Source: Actinomycetota bacterium (GTDB lineage Bacteria > Actinomycetota > UBA4738 > JBBDHU01). Taken from it: 64,000 nucleotides of DNA. Below, in pieces: positions 30,006-38,395 of this stretch. The translations under genes and the position numbers were made by a program. Location: the NCBI GenBank assembly GCA_040880465.1, contig JBBDIK010000013.1, forward strand, positions 9,339 to 73,338, written 5' to 3'. The notes under the pieces are model-generated. The model was not told where the DNA came from, made no database searches, and was given only the letters and a program-made list of their open reading frames with translations. Position 1 is the stretch's first letter. Each line of letters opens with the position of its first letter.

Positions 30006-30880
30006 TGGGCGCCTCGGCGGCGGATACGCCGGCCCTGGATTGGCCGGAGCCGCAACCAGGGGTCCATCTCCTCGGGGTGATCGGCTGGCCGGTCCTGCAC
30101 AGCCTCTCCCCGGTGATCCAGTCCGCAGCGCTGGCCGCTCTCGGGCTCGGCGACGAGTGGCGATATGTACATCTCCCGGTTCCACCCGGTGCCATGCCAC
30201 AGGCGATGGCGAAGCTCCAGGACGACGGGTACCGCGGTGCCAACGTCACGATGCCCCACAAGGAATCGGCCGCGGAGCTGGCGACCGGATGCTCGTCCGA
30301 CGTCGAGCGGCTCCGGGCGGTCAACACGCTGAACCGTACCGATGGCGGTTTCGAAGGGCACAACACCGACGCTCCGGGGTTCGCGAACTTCCTCGCGGGC
30401 GATGTCGGGTTCGTGCCGGCTGGTGGCCCGACCCTCATCTTCGGGGCGGGCGGCGCGGCCAGGGCCTGCGCGCTGGCGCTCGTGCAGATGGGGGTGACCG
30501 AGATCATCGTCGCGGCTCGGGACGTGAACCGCGGGTGGGCGGCGATGGACGGACTCGTTCCCCAAGGGAACCTCGCGGTGATCGCGTTCGACGATGCGAG
30601 TCGCGTATCGCCGGCCCTGATCGTCAACGCGACCCCCGTGGGTTCGTCCGGCGAGGTCCTCCCGGCCCCGGCACTGTCACCCGAGATCGTGGTGGTGGAT
30701 CTCCTGTATCACCCGGCGGACACCCCGCTCTTGGCCGCCGCCCGGGGGGCCGGCGCACGCGCCGCCGGCGGCCTCGGCCTTCTCGTGCATCAGGGGGCCC
30801 TGTCGCTCGAGATCTGGACGGGGCGGATGCCGGACCTGGCGGTGATGAGGGCGGCAGGTGAGGCGGCCGGAGCTGTCTGA
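30005..30880 (+). CDS. aroE: shikimate dehydrogenase
   Basis: GVIGWPVLHSLSPVIQ..., GANVTMPHK, AVNTL, NTDAPGF, GAGGAARA. The ATG at 30005 overlaps the mltG stop. An in-frame GTG at 29996 is an alternative start. Confidence 0.85.
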   Translation: MGASAADTPALDWPEPQPGVHLLGVIGWPVLHSLSPVIQSAALAALGLGDEWRYVHLPVPPGAMPQAMAKLQDDGYRGANVTMPHKESAAELATGCSSDVERLRAVNTLNRTDGGFEGHNTDAPGFANFLAGDVGFVPAGGPTLIFGAGGAARACALALVQMGVTEIIVAARDVNRGWAAMDGLVPQGNLAVIAFDDASRVSPALIVNATPVGSSGEVLPAPALSPEIVVVDLLYHPADTPLLAAARGAGARAAGGLGLLVHQGALSLEIWTGRMPDLAVMRAAGEAAGAV

Positions 30881-30982
30881 GGGGGCGCCTGACGGAGCTG
30901 CCTGACTCGCCAGTCAGGGCCTTCTGCCTGAGGGGCCGTACGCTCGGGTAAAGGAACTCCTACAGACACCCGATTACGGGTA

Positions 30983-31705
30983 GTGGAAACGGAACCCATG
31001 GATATCGATTTCTCTTCTCTCGCGTCCCGCATCGCGGCGGACGTCGGGGGCTTGCGAGGGTGCATCATCGCCTCGCGTGATGGACTCGTACTCGGCGCGT
31101 ACCCCGCCGACGGCGAGGCCGTCCTGCGCCCGGCCTGGCTGCGCTTCGCCGCGCTGGGTGACGTCGAGAAGGGATTCATCGAATTCGGTGGGGAGACATG
31201 GGTCTACGTTCAGCGCGGACCCTACGCCGCCTTCGCGGTGAGTGAAGTCGCCGCTCGTCCAGGCTTGATCCTCGAGGAGATGGAGCAGATCCTCCGCTCG
31301 GCCGAGGAGGCGCGGAGTCGGCAGCCCAGCGTCCGGATGGAGGGCGGCGATGCAGCCCGGAGTAAGCCGCGCACCACGCTGCATCCGGAAGCGCGGCCGT
31401 CCGCTCCGGCTCCGGCCTCGGGCGTTCCAGCTCAGGCTGCATCCGCCAGCCCCGCCCAGGAGGCAGCAGCCCCCGCGCCGCCGCCTACGGATACCCCGCA
31501 GGTCATCTCGACCGACGAGCCACAACCGGCCTCGGAGGTGCCGGCTCCGTCGAGCGACGCCCCGACGCCGTCGCAGGAGGTTGCTCCGGCCGCCTCGCCG
31601 CCGGCCCCACAACCGCAGGAGGGCGATGTGGACCGGGTCTTGCTCGCTCAGGAGTTCGCACAGTTGCTGGAGGACAGCGGCTACGATGACGAGGAGGACG
31701 AGTGA
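30983..31705 (+). CDS. Roadblock/LC7-like domain protein with Pro/Ala/Ser/Gln-rich linker and acidic C-terminal helix; first gene of the pilus ATPase operon
   Basis: N-terminal ~105 aa: VGGLRGCIIASRDGLVLGAYP...GFIEFGGETWVYVQRGPYAAFAVSEVAARPGLILEEM fits the Roadblock/LC7 (MglB-like) alpha-beta-alpha pattern. About 110 aa of low complexity follow. The protein ends VDRVLLAQEFAQLLEDSGYDDEEDE. The start codon is uncertain (GTG 30983 or ATG 30998). Confidence 0.5.
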   Translation: METEPMDIDFSSLASRIAADVGGLRGCIIASRDGLVLGAYPADGEAVLRPAWLRFAALGDVEKGFIEFGGETWVYVQRGPYAAFAVSEVAARPGLILEEMEQILRSAEEARSRQPSVRMEGGDAARSKPRTTLHPEARPSAPAPASGVPAQAASASPAQEAAAPAPPPTDTPQVISTDEPQPASEVPAPSSDAPTPSQEVAPAASPPAPQPQEGDVDRVLLAQEFAQLLEDSGYDDEEDE

Positions 31706-31715
31706 TCGGACCTAG

Positions 31716-33410
31716 ATGGCGGAGGTAAAGAAGGCCAAACAGCTCGGCGAGATCCTCGTCGACGACGGCTTGGTCACCCAGGAGCAACTCGACCACGCGC
31801 TCGAGGAGCACCGCCGTGTCGGCAAGCTCCTCGGACGGGTGCTGATCGACCTCGGCTACATCAAGGAGACCGACCTCGTTCGGGCGCTCGCCCAGCAAGT
31901 CGGGTTCGAGTTCGTCGATCTCAGCGAGTACCAGATCGAGCCCTGGGCGCCGGTGTTGCTGCCCGAGCAGGTCGCCCGCCGTTATCGCGCTCTCCCGATC
32001 GGCGAGCGCGACGGCAAACTCCTCGTGGCGATGTCCGACCCGGCGAACGTCTACGCCCTCGACGACATCCGCATCATCACGGGCCGCGACGTCCAGCCGG
32101 TCGTCGCGACGGCCGCGGACATCGAGCAAGCGCTCCGCCGATACGCCGGGCTCGACGCTCAGGCTGAGGAGCTGGCCGAAGAGGTCGCGGAAGCCGCGGA
32201 CGAGGGCAAGAAGAAGGGGGACGGCGAGGAGGACGAGGAGGAGGACGACGAGGCTCCGATCGTCAAGCTCGTGAACGCGATCATGACGCAGGCCGTCGGC
32301 GACCGAGCCTCCGACATCCACATCGAACCGACCGAGAAGGACGTGCGGGTCCGCTTCCGCGTCGACGGTGTCCTCCACGAGGTGAGTCGCGCCCAGAAGC
32401 GGATCCAGAACGGGCTGACCAGCCGCTTGAAGGTGATGGCGGAGATGGACATCGCGGAGAAGCGGATCCCCCAAGACGGGCGGATCGCGATGCGCGTCGC
32501 GGGCAAGATGCTCGACCTGCGCGTGGTCACCCTGCCGACCGTCTACGGCGAGAAGGTCGTGATGCGTGTCCTGGACAAGAGTTCGGCGCTCCTTCACCTC
32601 GAGGACCTAGGGTTCCTGGAGCACTCGTACAAGCGGTACGAGGAGGCCTACAGCAAGCCGTACGGTGCCATCCTGGTGACGGGTCCGACCGGCGCCGGCA
32701 AGTCGACCACGCTGTACGCCACGCTGAACGTGTTGAACTCCCCGGAACGCAACATCATCACCGTGGAGGATCCGGTCGAATACCGGCTCAAGGGCATCAA
32801 CCAGTGCCAGGTCCACAACGCAGCGGGGCTCACGTTCGCCCGGGCGCTGCGAGCGATCCTGCGCAACTCGCCCGACATCATCCTCGTAGGAGAGATCCGC
32901 GACCGCGAGACGGCCACGATCGCGACCGAGTCGGCGCTGACCGGCCACCTCGTCCTGTCGACGCTGCACACCAACGATGCCCCTTCGGCGATCCCCCGGC
33001 TCATCGAGATGGGGATCGAGACGTTCATCGTGGCATCGTCCATCGACTGCGTCGTCGCGCAGCGGCTGGCGCGCAAGCTCTGTGAGAAGTGCAAGGAGCC
33101 CTACGCGCCGGAGGCGGCCGAGCTGGTCGCGATCGGGTACAACGAGCAGGAGATCGCCGACATCGAACAGCTCTACCGCCCGGTTGGGTGCCCCGCGTGC
33201 TCCAAGACCGGCTACCGGGGCAGGATCGGTCTCTACGAGGTCATGCTCGTCAACGACGATATCGAGCGGCTCACGATCGAGCGGGCACCGGCCGACGAGA
33301 TCCGCAAGGCCGCGATCGCCGAAGGCATGGCGACCCTGCGTGACGACGGCCTCCAGAAGGTCCGGCTCGGGATGACGTCGATCGCCGACGTCCTCCGGGT
33401 GGTTGCCTGA
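31716..33410 (+). CDS. pilB: type IV pilus extension ATPase PilB, copy 1 (GspE/T2SSE family with T2SSE_N/MshEN-like N-domain)
   Basis: 564 aa. Walker A GPTGAGKST, Walker B DIILVGEIRD, tetracysteine CEKC...CPAC. The N-terminal domain carries two 24-aa LGxxLVxxGLV-type repeats. Confidence 0.9.
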   Translation: MAEVKKAKQLGEILVDDGLVTQEQLDHALEEHRRVGKLLGRVLIDLGYIKETDLVRALAQQVGFEFVDLSEYQIEPWAPVLLPEQVARRYRALPIGERDGKLLVAMSDPANVYALDDIRIITGRDVQPVVATAADIEQALRRYAGLDAQAEELAEEVAEAADEGKKKGDGEEDEEEDDEAPIVKLVNAIMTQAVGDRASDIHIEPTEKDVRVRFRVDGVLHEVSRAQKRIQNGLTSRLKVMAEMDIAEKRIPQDGRIAMRVAGKMLDLRVVTLPTVYGEKVVMRVLDKSSALLHLEDLGFLEHSYKRYEEAYSKPYGAILVTGPTGAGKSTTLYATLNVLNSPERNIITVEDPVEYRLKGINQCQVHNAAGLTFARALRAILRNSPDIILVGEIRDRETATIATESALTGHLVLSTLHTNDAPSAIPRLIEMGIETFIVASSIDCVVAQRLARKLCEKCKEPYAPEAAELVAIGYNEQEIADIEQLYRPVGCPACSKTGYRGRIGLYEVMLVNDDIERLTIERAPADEIRKAAIAEGMATLRDDGLQKVRLGMTSIADVLRVVA

Positions 33411-35098
33411 TGGCCCAGGTGCAGAACCGGTCGCGGCAACTCGGCGAGATCCTCATGGAGCGCGGGCTCCTGTCGCCCGAGCAGCTCCAGGCGGCCCTCG
33501 AGGAGCACCAGAAGGCGGGCAAGCTCCTCGGGCGGGTCCTCATCGACAAGGGGTACGTCAGCGAGGCCGACCTCGTCCGAGCGTTGGCCGAGCAAGTTGG
33601 GCTCGAGTTCGTCGACCTGACCGAGTTCCCCGTCGACGCGTCGTGCACGGCCCTGCTTCCCGAATCCGTCGCTCGCCGCTACCGGGCGATTCCCATCGCC
33701 GAGCGCGACGGCAAACTCCTCGTGGCGATGTCCGACCCGGCGAACGTCTACGCCTTGGACGACATCCGCATCATCACCGACCGCGACGTGCAACCCGTCG
33801 TGGCGACGGCCAGCGATGTCGAGGGGGCGATCCGGAAGTTCGCGGGGCTCGACGCGGCGGTCGAGGAACTGGCCGAGGAGATCGCCGAAGCCAAGGACGA
33901 CGAAGACCTCATGGCGGCGGAGGGCATCGCGGTCGAGGAGGCTCCGATCGTCAAGTTGGTCACGGCGATCATCAAGCAGGCGGTGTCGGAACGCGCATCG
34001 GACATCCATATCGAACCCACGGAGCGCGACGTACGCGTGCGATTCCGCGTGGACGGCGTCCTGCACGACGCGATGAAGTCGCCGAAGAGCATCCAGACGG
34101 GGCTCATCTCACGGCTGAAGGTCATGGCGGACCTGAACATCGCCGAGAATCGGCTGCCACAGGACGGGCGGATCAGCGTCAAGGTGAGCGGCAGGCAGTT
34201 CGACCTGCGGCTCGCGACCCTGCCGACCGTCTACGGCGAACGCATGATGATCCGGGTGCTCGACAAGAGCTCGGCACTGATGGAGCTGTCGGACCTGGGC
34301 CTGCTGGAGGACCCCTTCAAGCAGTTCGAGGTGTCCTTCCGTAAGCCGTACGGGGCGGTCCTGGTCACCGGGCCGACGGGCTCGGGGAAGACGACGACGA
34401 TGTACGCCACCCTGTCCTTGATCAACTCGCCCGAGAAGAACGTCATCACGGTCGAGGATCCCGTCGAGTACAAGCTCAAGGGGGTCAATCAGATCCAGGT
34501 GATGCCGAAGCAGGGGCTGACGTTCGCCGGGTCCCTGCGCGCCATCCTGCGTGCCGACCCGGACATCGTGCTGATCGGGGAGATCCGCGACCGCGAGACC
34601 GCCATCATCGGTATCGAGGCCGCACTCACCGGCCACCTCGTGCTGTCGTCCCTGCACACGAACGATGCCGCCTCCGCCGTCACCCGTCTGACCGAGATGG
34701 AGGTCGAAACGTTCCTGGTGGCTTCCGCGATCGAGTGCGTGGTGGCCCAGCGCCTCGCGCGCATCCTGTGCGATAAGTGCAAGGAGGCTTACCAGCCCGA
34801 TACCCCCGAATTGGCGGCTGCAGGCTATCCTGAGAGTGCGTGGTCCGAGATCGGGCAGCTCTTCCGCCCAACCGGCTGCAAGGCGTGTTCAAATACCGGG
34901 TACCGCGGACGGATCGGCCTCTACGAGGTCCTGACCGTCACGGAGGAGATCGAGCATCTGACGGTGGAACGGGTGCCGTCCGCGAGGATCGCCGACGTGG
35001 CGATCGAGCAAGGGATGATGACGTTGCGTGAGGACGGACTGGAGAAGGCTCGGCGGGGGATCACCTCCGTCCAGGAAGTGCTGAGGGTGGTGGTGTAG
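33410..35098 (+). CDS. pilB: type IV pilus extension ATPase PilB, copy 2 (tandem paralog)
   Basis: 562 aa, collinear with copy 1. Walker A GPTGSGKTT, DIVLIGEIRD, CDKC...CKAC. Its start ATG overlaps the copy 1 stop (TGATG). Confidence 0.9.
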   Translation: MAQVQNRSRQLGEILMERGLLSPEQLQAALEEHQKAGKLLGRVLIDKGYVSEADLVRALAEQVGLEFVDLTEFPVDASCTALLPESVARRYRAIPIAERDGKLLVAMSDPANVYALDDIRIITDRDVQPVVATASDVEGAIRKFAGLDAAVEELAEEIAEAKDDEDLMAAEGIAVEEAPIVKLVTAIIKQAVSERASDIHIEPTERDVRVRFRVDGVLHDAMKSPKSIQTGLISRLKVMADLNIAENRLPQDGRISVKVSGRQFDLRLATLPTVYGERMMIRVLDKSSALMELSDLGLLEDPFKQFEVSFRKPYGAVLVTGPTGSGKTTTMYATLSLINSPEKNVITVEDPVEYKLKGVNQIQVMPKQGLTFAGSLRAILRADPDIVLIGEIRDRETAIIGIEAALTGHLVLSSLHTNDAASAVTRLTEMEVETFLVASAIECVVAQRLARILCDKCKEAYQPDTPELAAAGYPESAWSEIGQLFRPTGCKACSNTGYRGRIGLYEVLTVTEEIEHLTVERVPSARIADVAIEQGMMTLREDGLEKARRGITSVQEVLRVVV

Positions 35099-36301
35099 GT
35101 GGCGACGACCGCTGCTGCGGACGAAGACGTACAGATCCCGATCCCCGAACTGCTCGAGGTGATGCTCTCGCGCGGAGCCTCGGATCTGCATATCACGGCC
35201 GGTGCGCCACCGACGATCCGGATGCACGGTGAGCTGGTCCGCCTGGAGGAATACCCGCTGCTCACCCCGCGGGGGTTGCAGGGCATGATCTACGCGATCC
35301 TGCCGCAACGGCACCGCGAACACCTCGAGCAGGACCTCGAGTTGGACATGTCCTACGCGCTGCCCGGGAAGGCCCGGTTCAGGGTCAACGTGTACTGGCA
35401 GCGTGACTCGCTCGGGTCGGCGTTCCGCCTCATCCCCTACGAGATCAAGTCGACGGACGAGTTGCGGCTCCCCGAGGTCGTCAAGGAGCTGGCCCGGTAC
35501 CCGCGTGGGTTCATCGTCGTGACGGGCCCGACAGGCTCAGGCAAGTCCACGTCCCTGGCGGCGATGATCGACCAGATCAACAACGAACTGCCCGTCCACA
35601 TCATGACCGTCGAGGATCCCATCGAGTTCCTGCACAAGCACAAGACCGCGATGATCAATCAGCGCGAGGTGGGGGCGGACACCCACGGGTTCGGTCCCGC
35701 CCTCAAGCACGTGCTCCGTCAGGACCCCGACGTCATCCTGGTCGGGGAGATGCGAGACCTCGAGACCGTCCAGACGGCGATCACCGCCGCCGAGACCGGT
35801 CACCTCGTCTTCGCCACCCTGCACACCCAGGACGCGCCGCAGACCATCGACCGGATCATCGACGTTTTCCCATCGCACTCGCAGCAGCAGATCCGGGTGC
35901 AGCTCTCGACCACCCTGCAGGGCGTCATGACCCAGCAGCTCCTTCAGACGCCGGACGGGCAAGGCCGGGTCGTCGCCTGTGAGGTCTTGATCGCGACGTC
36001 GGCGGTGCGCAACCTGATCCGGGAGGGGAAGGTGCACCAGATCTACTCGGTGATGCAGTCGGGTGGTCGGTTCGGGATGCAGACGATGGACCAGGCGTTG
36101 GCGGACCTGGTCAAGACGGGACAGATCACGCAACAGCTTGCCCTGGAACGCTGTCACGACCCCGAGGAGTTGACCCGCCTGATGAGCGGCGGTGTCTCTG
36201 CCGGGGCGGCGACCGGATTCGCACCGGGCGGGGAGTACGCGCAACAGGGTGCTCCCCAGCAGGCATACCCGCCCATGGGCGGCGGGATACCGCAGGGCTG
36301 A
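35099..36301 (+). CDS. pilT: twitching-motility retraction ATPase PilT (with Gly/Gln/Pro-rich C-terminal tail)
   Basis: ASDLHITAGAPPTIRMHG, GPTGSGKSTS, ILVGEMRDLETV, AETGHLVFATLHT (PilT AIRNLIRE-like SAVRNLIREGK). 400 aa, about 35 aa longer than usual at the C-terminus. Confidence 0.9.
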   Translation: MATTAAADEDVQIPIPELLEVMLSRGASDLHITAGAPPTIRMHGELVRLEEYPLLTPRGLQGMIYAILPQRHREHLEQDLELDMSYALPGKARFRVNVYWQRDSLGSAFRLIPYEIKSTDELRLPEVVKELARYPRGFIVVTGPTGSGKSTSLAAMIDQINNELPVHIMTVEDPIEFLHKHKTAMINQREVGADTHGFGPALKHVLRQDPDVILVGEMRDLETVQTAITAAETGHLVFATLHTQDAPQTIDRIIDVFPSHSQQQIRVQLSTTLQGVMTQQLLQTPDGQGRVVACEVLIATSAVRNLIREGKVHQIYSVMQSGGRFGMQTMDQALADLVKTGQITQQLALERCHDPEELTRLMSGGVSAGAATGFAPGGEYAQQGAPQQAYPPMGGGIPQG

Positions 36302-36316
36302 TGAGAGGAGGAGCCC

Positions 36317-37531
36317 GTGGCTGAGACATTCTTGTACAAGGCACGGGACCGCACGGGCAAGGTCGTCAGCGGCGAACTGATCGGCGACAGCGAGCAGCTC
36401 GTCATCGCCAAGCTGCGCGAACAGGCCCTCGTCCCCATCGAGGTATCGAAGAAGTCCGCCGGCATGAAGCGCGAACTCACGTTCCGGCCGGGGCGGGTCA
36501 AGCTCAAGCTGATGTCGGTGTTCTCGCGTCAGTTCGCCACCATGGTGAACTCCGGTCTCCCCATCCTGCGTGCGCTGGCGATCCTGGCGGAGCAGACCGA
36601 ATCGCAGGAACTCGCCAAGATCCTCACCCGCGTCCGGATGGACGTCGAGCAGGGAGCATCCCTGTCCGGCGCCATGGCCAAGCATCCCAAGGTCTTCGAC
36701 GACCTCTACGTGTCGATGGTCAAGGCCGGTGAGACCGGCGGTGTGCTCGACTCGGTCCTGCTGCGACTCGCCGACCAGATCGAGAAGGAGGTCTCGCTCC
36801 GGAACCGTATCAAGTCGGCGATGACCTACCCGGTCGTGGTGCTGCTGATGGTGCTGTTCATCCTTGCGGCGATGCTCCTCTTCATCGTCCCGCAGTTCGA
36901 GAAGATCTACGCGGACCTGGGCAGCCAGCTCCCGCTTCCGACGCGCGTCCTCCTGGGCGCTTCGAAGGCGCTCCGGGACTACTGGTACCTGTTCATCGGT
37001 GGATCGATCGGCGGCTGGTTCGCGCTCAAGCAGTGGAAGAAGACGGACTCCGGGCGCGAAGCGGTCGACCGATTCAAGCTTCGCGTGCCGGTCTTCGGCC
37101 CACTCTTCCGCAAGACGGCCCTGTCGCGGTTCTCCAGCACGCTGGGCGTGCTCCTGCGGTCCGGCGTACCGATCCTGCAGGCCCTGGATATCGTCGCCGA
37201 CACGGTCGGGAACCGGGTCGTGAGCAAGGCCGTTTCGGACGTACAGGTCAGTGTGCGCGAGGGCGAGAGCATCGCCAAACCGTTGTCCCAGCACGCGGTG
37301 TTCCCACCGATGGTCGTGCAGATGCTCGCGGTGGGCGAGGAGACGGGTGCGGTCGATACCATGCTCGAGAAGGTTGCGCAGTTCTACGATGAGGAGGTCA
37401 CCGCCGCGGTCGACTCCCTCACATCCCTGATCGAGCCGCTGATGATCGCCGTGATCGGCGGGGCCGTCGGCATGTCCGTCATCGCCCTCTACTTGCCGAT
37501 GTTCAACATCATCAACCTGATCAACGAGTAG
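36317..37531 (+). CDS. pilC: type IV pilus platform protein PilC (GspF family)
   Basis: 404 aa. Two T2SSF repeats and three TM segments. GGAGGAG SD upstream of the GTG at 36317. Confidence 0.9.
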   Translation: MAETFLYKARDRTGKVVSGELIGDSEQLVIAKLREQALVPIEVSKKSAGMKRELTFRPGRVKLKLMSVFSRQFATMVNSGLPILRALAILAEQTESQELAKILTRVRMDVEQGASLSGAMAKHPKVFDDLYVSMVKAGETGGVLDSVLLRLADQIEKEVSLRNRIKSAMTYPVVVLLMVLFILAAMLLFIVPQFEKIYADLGSQLPLPTRVLLGASKALRDYWYLFIGGSIGGWFALKQWKKTDSGREAVDRFKLRVPVFGPLFRKTALSRFSSTLGVLLRSGVPILQALDIVADTVGNRVVSKAVSDVQVSVREGESIAKPLSQHAVFPPMVVQMLAVGEETGAVDTMLEKVAQFYDEEVTAAVDSLTSLIEPLMIAVIGGAVGMSVIALYLPMFNIINLINE

Positions 37532-37646
37532 CCGGCCCGGGCCGCCTCGAGCCCCGGATCCGGCTCACGGTCGCGCCCGACACGCCGGACTGAGCGCGGG
37601 TGCTAGGCTGGACTCCATCGTATGCCCTAGGGCTGATGGCCTAGTC

Positions 37647-37668
37647 AAGACCCCCCGGTCGGGGTCTT
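37647..37668 (+). terminator. GC-rich hairpin downstream of pilC (AAGACCCC-ccggtc-GGGGTCTT), no U-tract
   Basis: Read directly. The 8-bp stem lies in the pilC-pilA intergenic region. Function (terminator or processing site) is not established. Confidence 0.3.
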
Positions 37669-37751
37669 CAGCTATCGATCCGAGCGGCCGATGAAAGAAA
37701 CATGGGTTGGCTCCAGCGGGGAGCCGACATTGCAGCGAAAGGAGGCTCCTC

Positions 37752-38237
37752 ATGCTGGAGCGCCTTAAGGGGCGGCGCGCTGAGGAAGAGGGGTTCACCC
37801 TCATCGAGTTGATGGTGGTCGTTCTGATCATCGGTATCTTGATCGCCATCGCTCTCCCGACCTTCCTCGGTGCCCGCGAGCGGGCCAACGACAAGGCCGC
37901 GCAGTCCTCGGTCCGGAACGCCTTGGTAGCAGCCAAGACGATCTTCACCGACACCGACGACTACTCGCTGGTCACGGTGGCGACTTTGGATGCTACTGAG
38001 CCATCGTTGGACTATCTGGCGGTGTCGACCGACGACACGGAGATCAGTTTCGACGTTCGTGACACGGCGAGCCTGATCCCGGACGGCGCGATCGCGTTGG
38101 TCGCGTACTCGGCGTCAGGCCGCTGCTTCGGTCTGCTCAACGAGAGTGATACCGGTGACGTGTTCTCCAATGACCCGGCGGCTGCGGACTGCGATGCAGC
38201 GGACGTGAGCTACGGCGACTTGGACTGGATCGTCTAG
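37752..38237 (+). CDS. pilA: major type IV pilin (prepilin) PilA
   Basis: AAAGGAGG SD precedes the ATG at 37752. MLERLKGRRAEEEG|FTLIELMVVVLIIGILIAIALPTF has class III signal features: G-1, F+1, E+5. A C-terminal Cys pair (C..21 aa..C) gives a D-region-like loop. Confidence 0.85.
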   Translation: MLERLKGRRAEEEGFTLIELMVVVLIIGILIAIALPTFLGARERANDKAAQSSVRNALVAAKTIFTDTDDYSLVTVATLDATEPSLDYLAVSTDDTEISFDVRDTASLIPDGAIALVAYSASGRCFGLLNESDTGDVFSNDPAAADCDAADVSYGDLDWIV

Positions 38238-38272
38238 AGCACGACGCGAACGACGGTTCATTCGAACCCCAC

Positions 38273-38300
38273 AGAAGGGCGGCCTTCGGGCCGCCCTTCT
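38273..38300 (+). terminator. intrinsic-terminator-like hairpin after pilA
   Basis: AGAAGGGCGGCC-TTCG-GGCCGCCCTTCT, a perfect 12-bp stem with a TTCG tetraloop, 36 nt after the pilA stop. No U-tract follows, which is common in high-GC actinobacteria. Confidence 0.7.
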
Positions 38301-38395
38301 GCGTGACTATCGGTGGGCTGTCGGTCAGATATCCGACAGGCGCACGGCTCAAGCGAATCAGAGCCTCGGCCGATACCTAGAGATAACGGGGTGCT

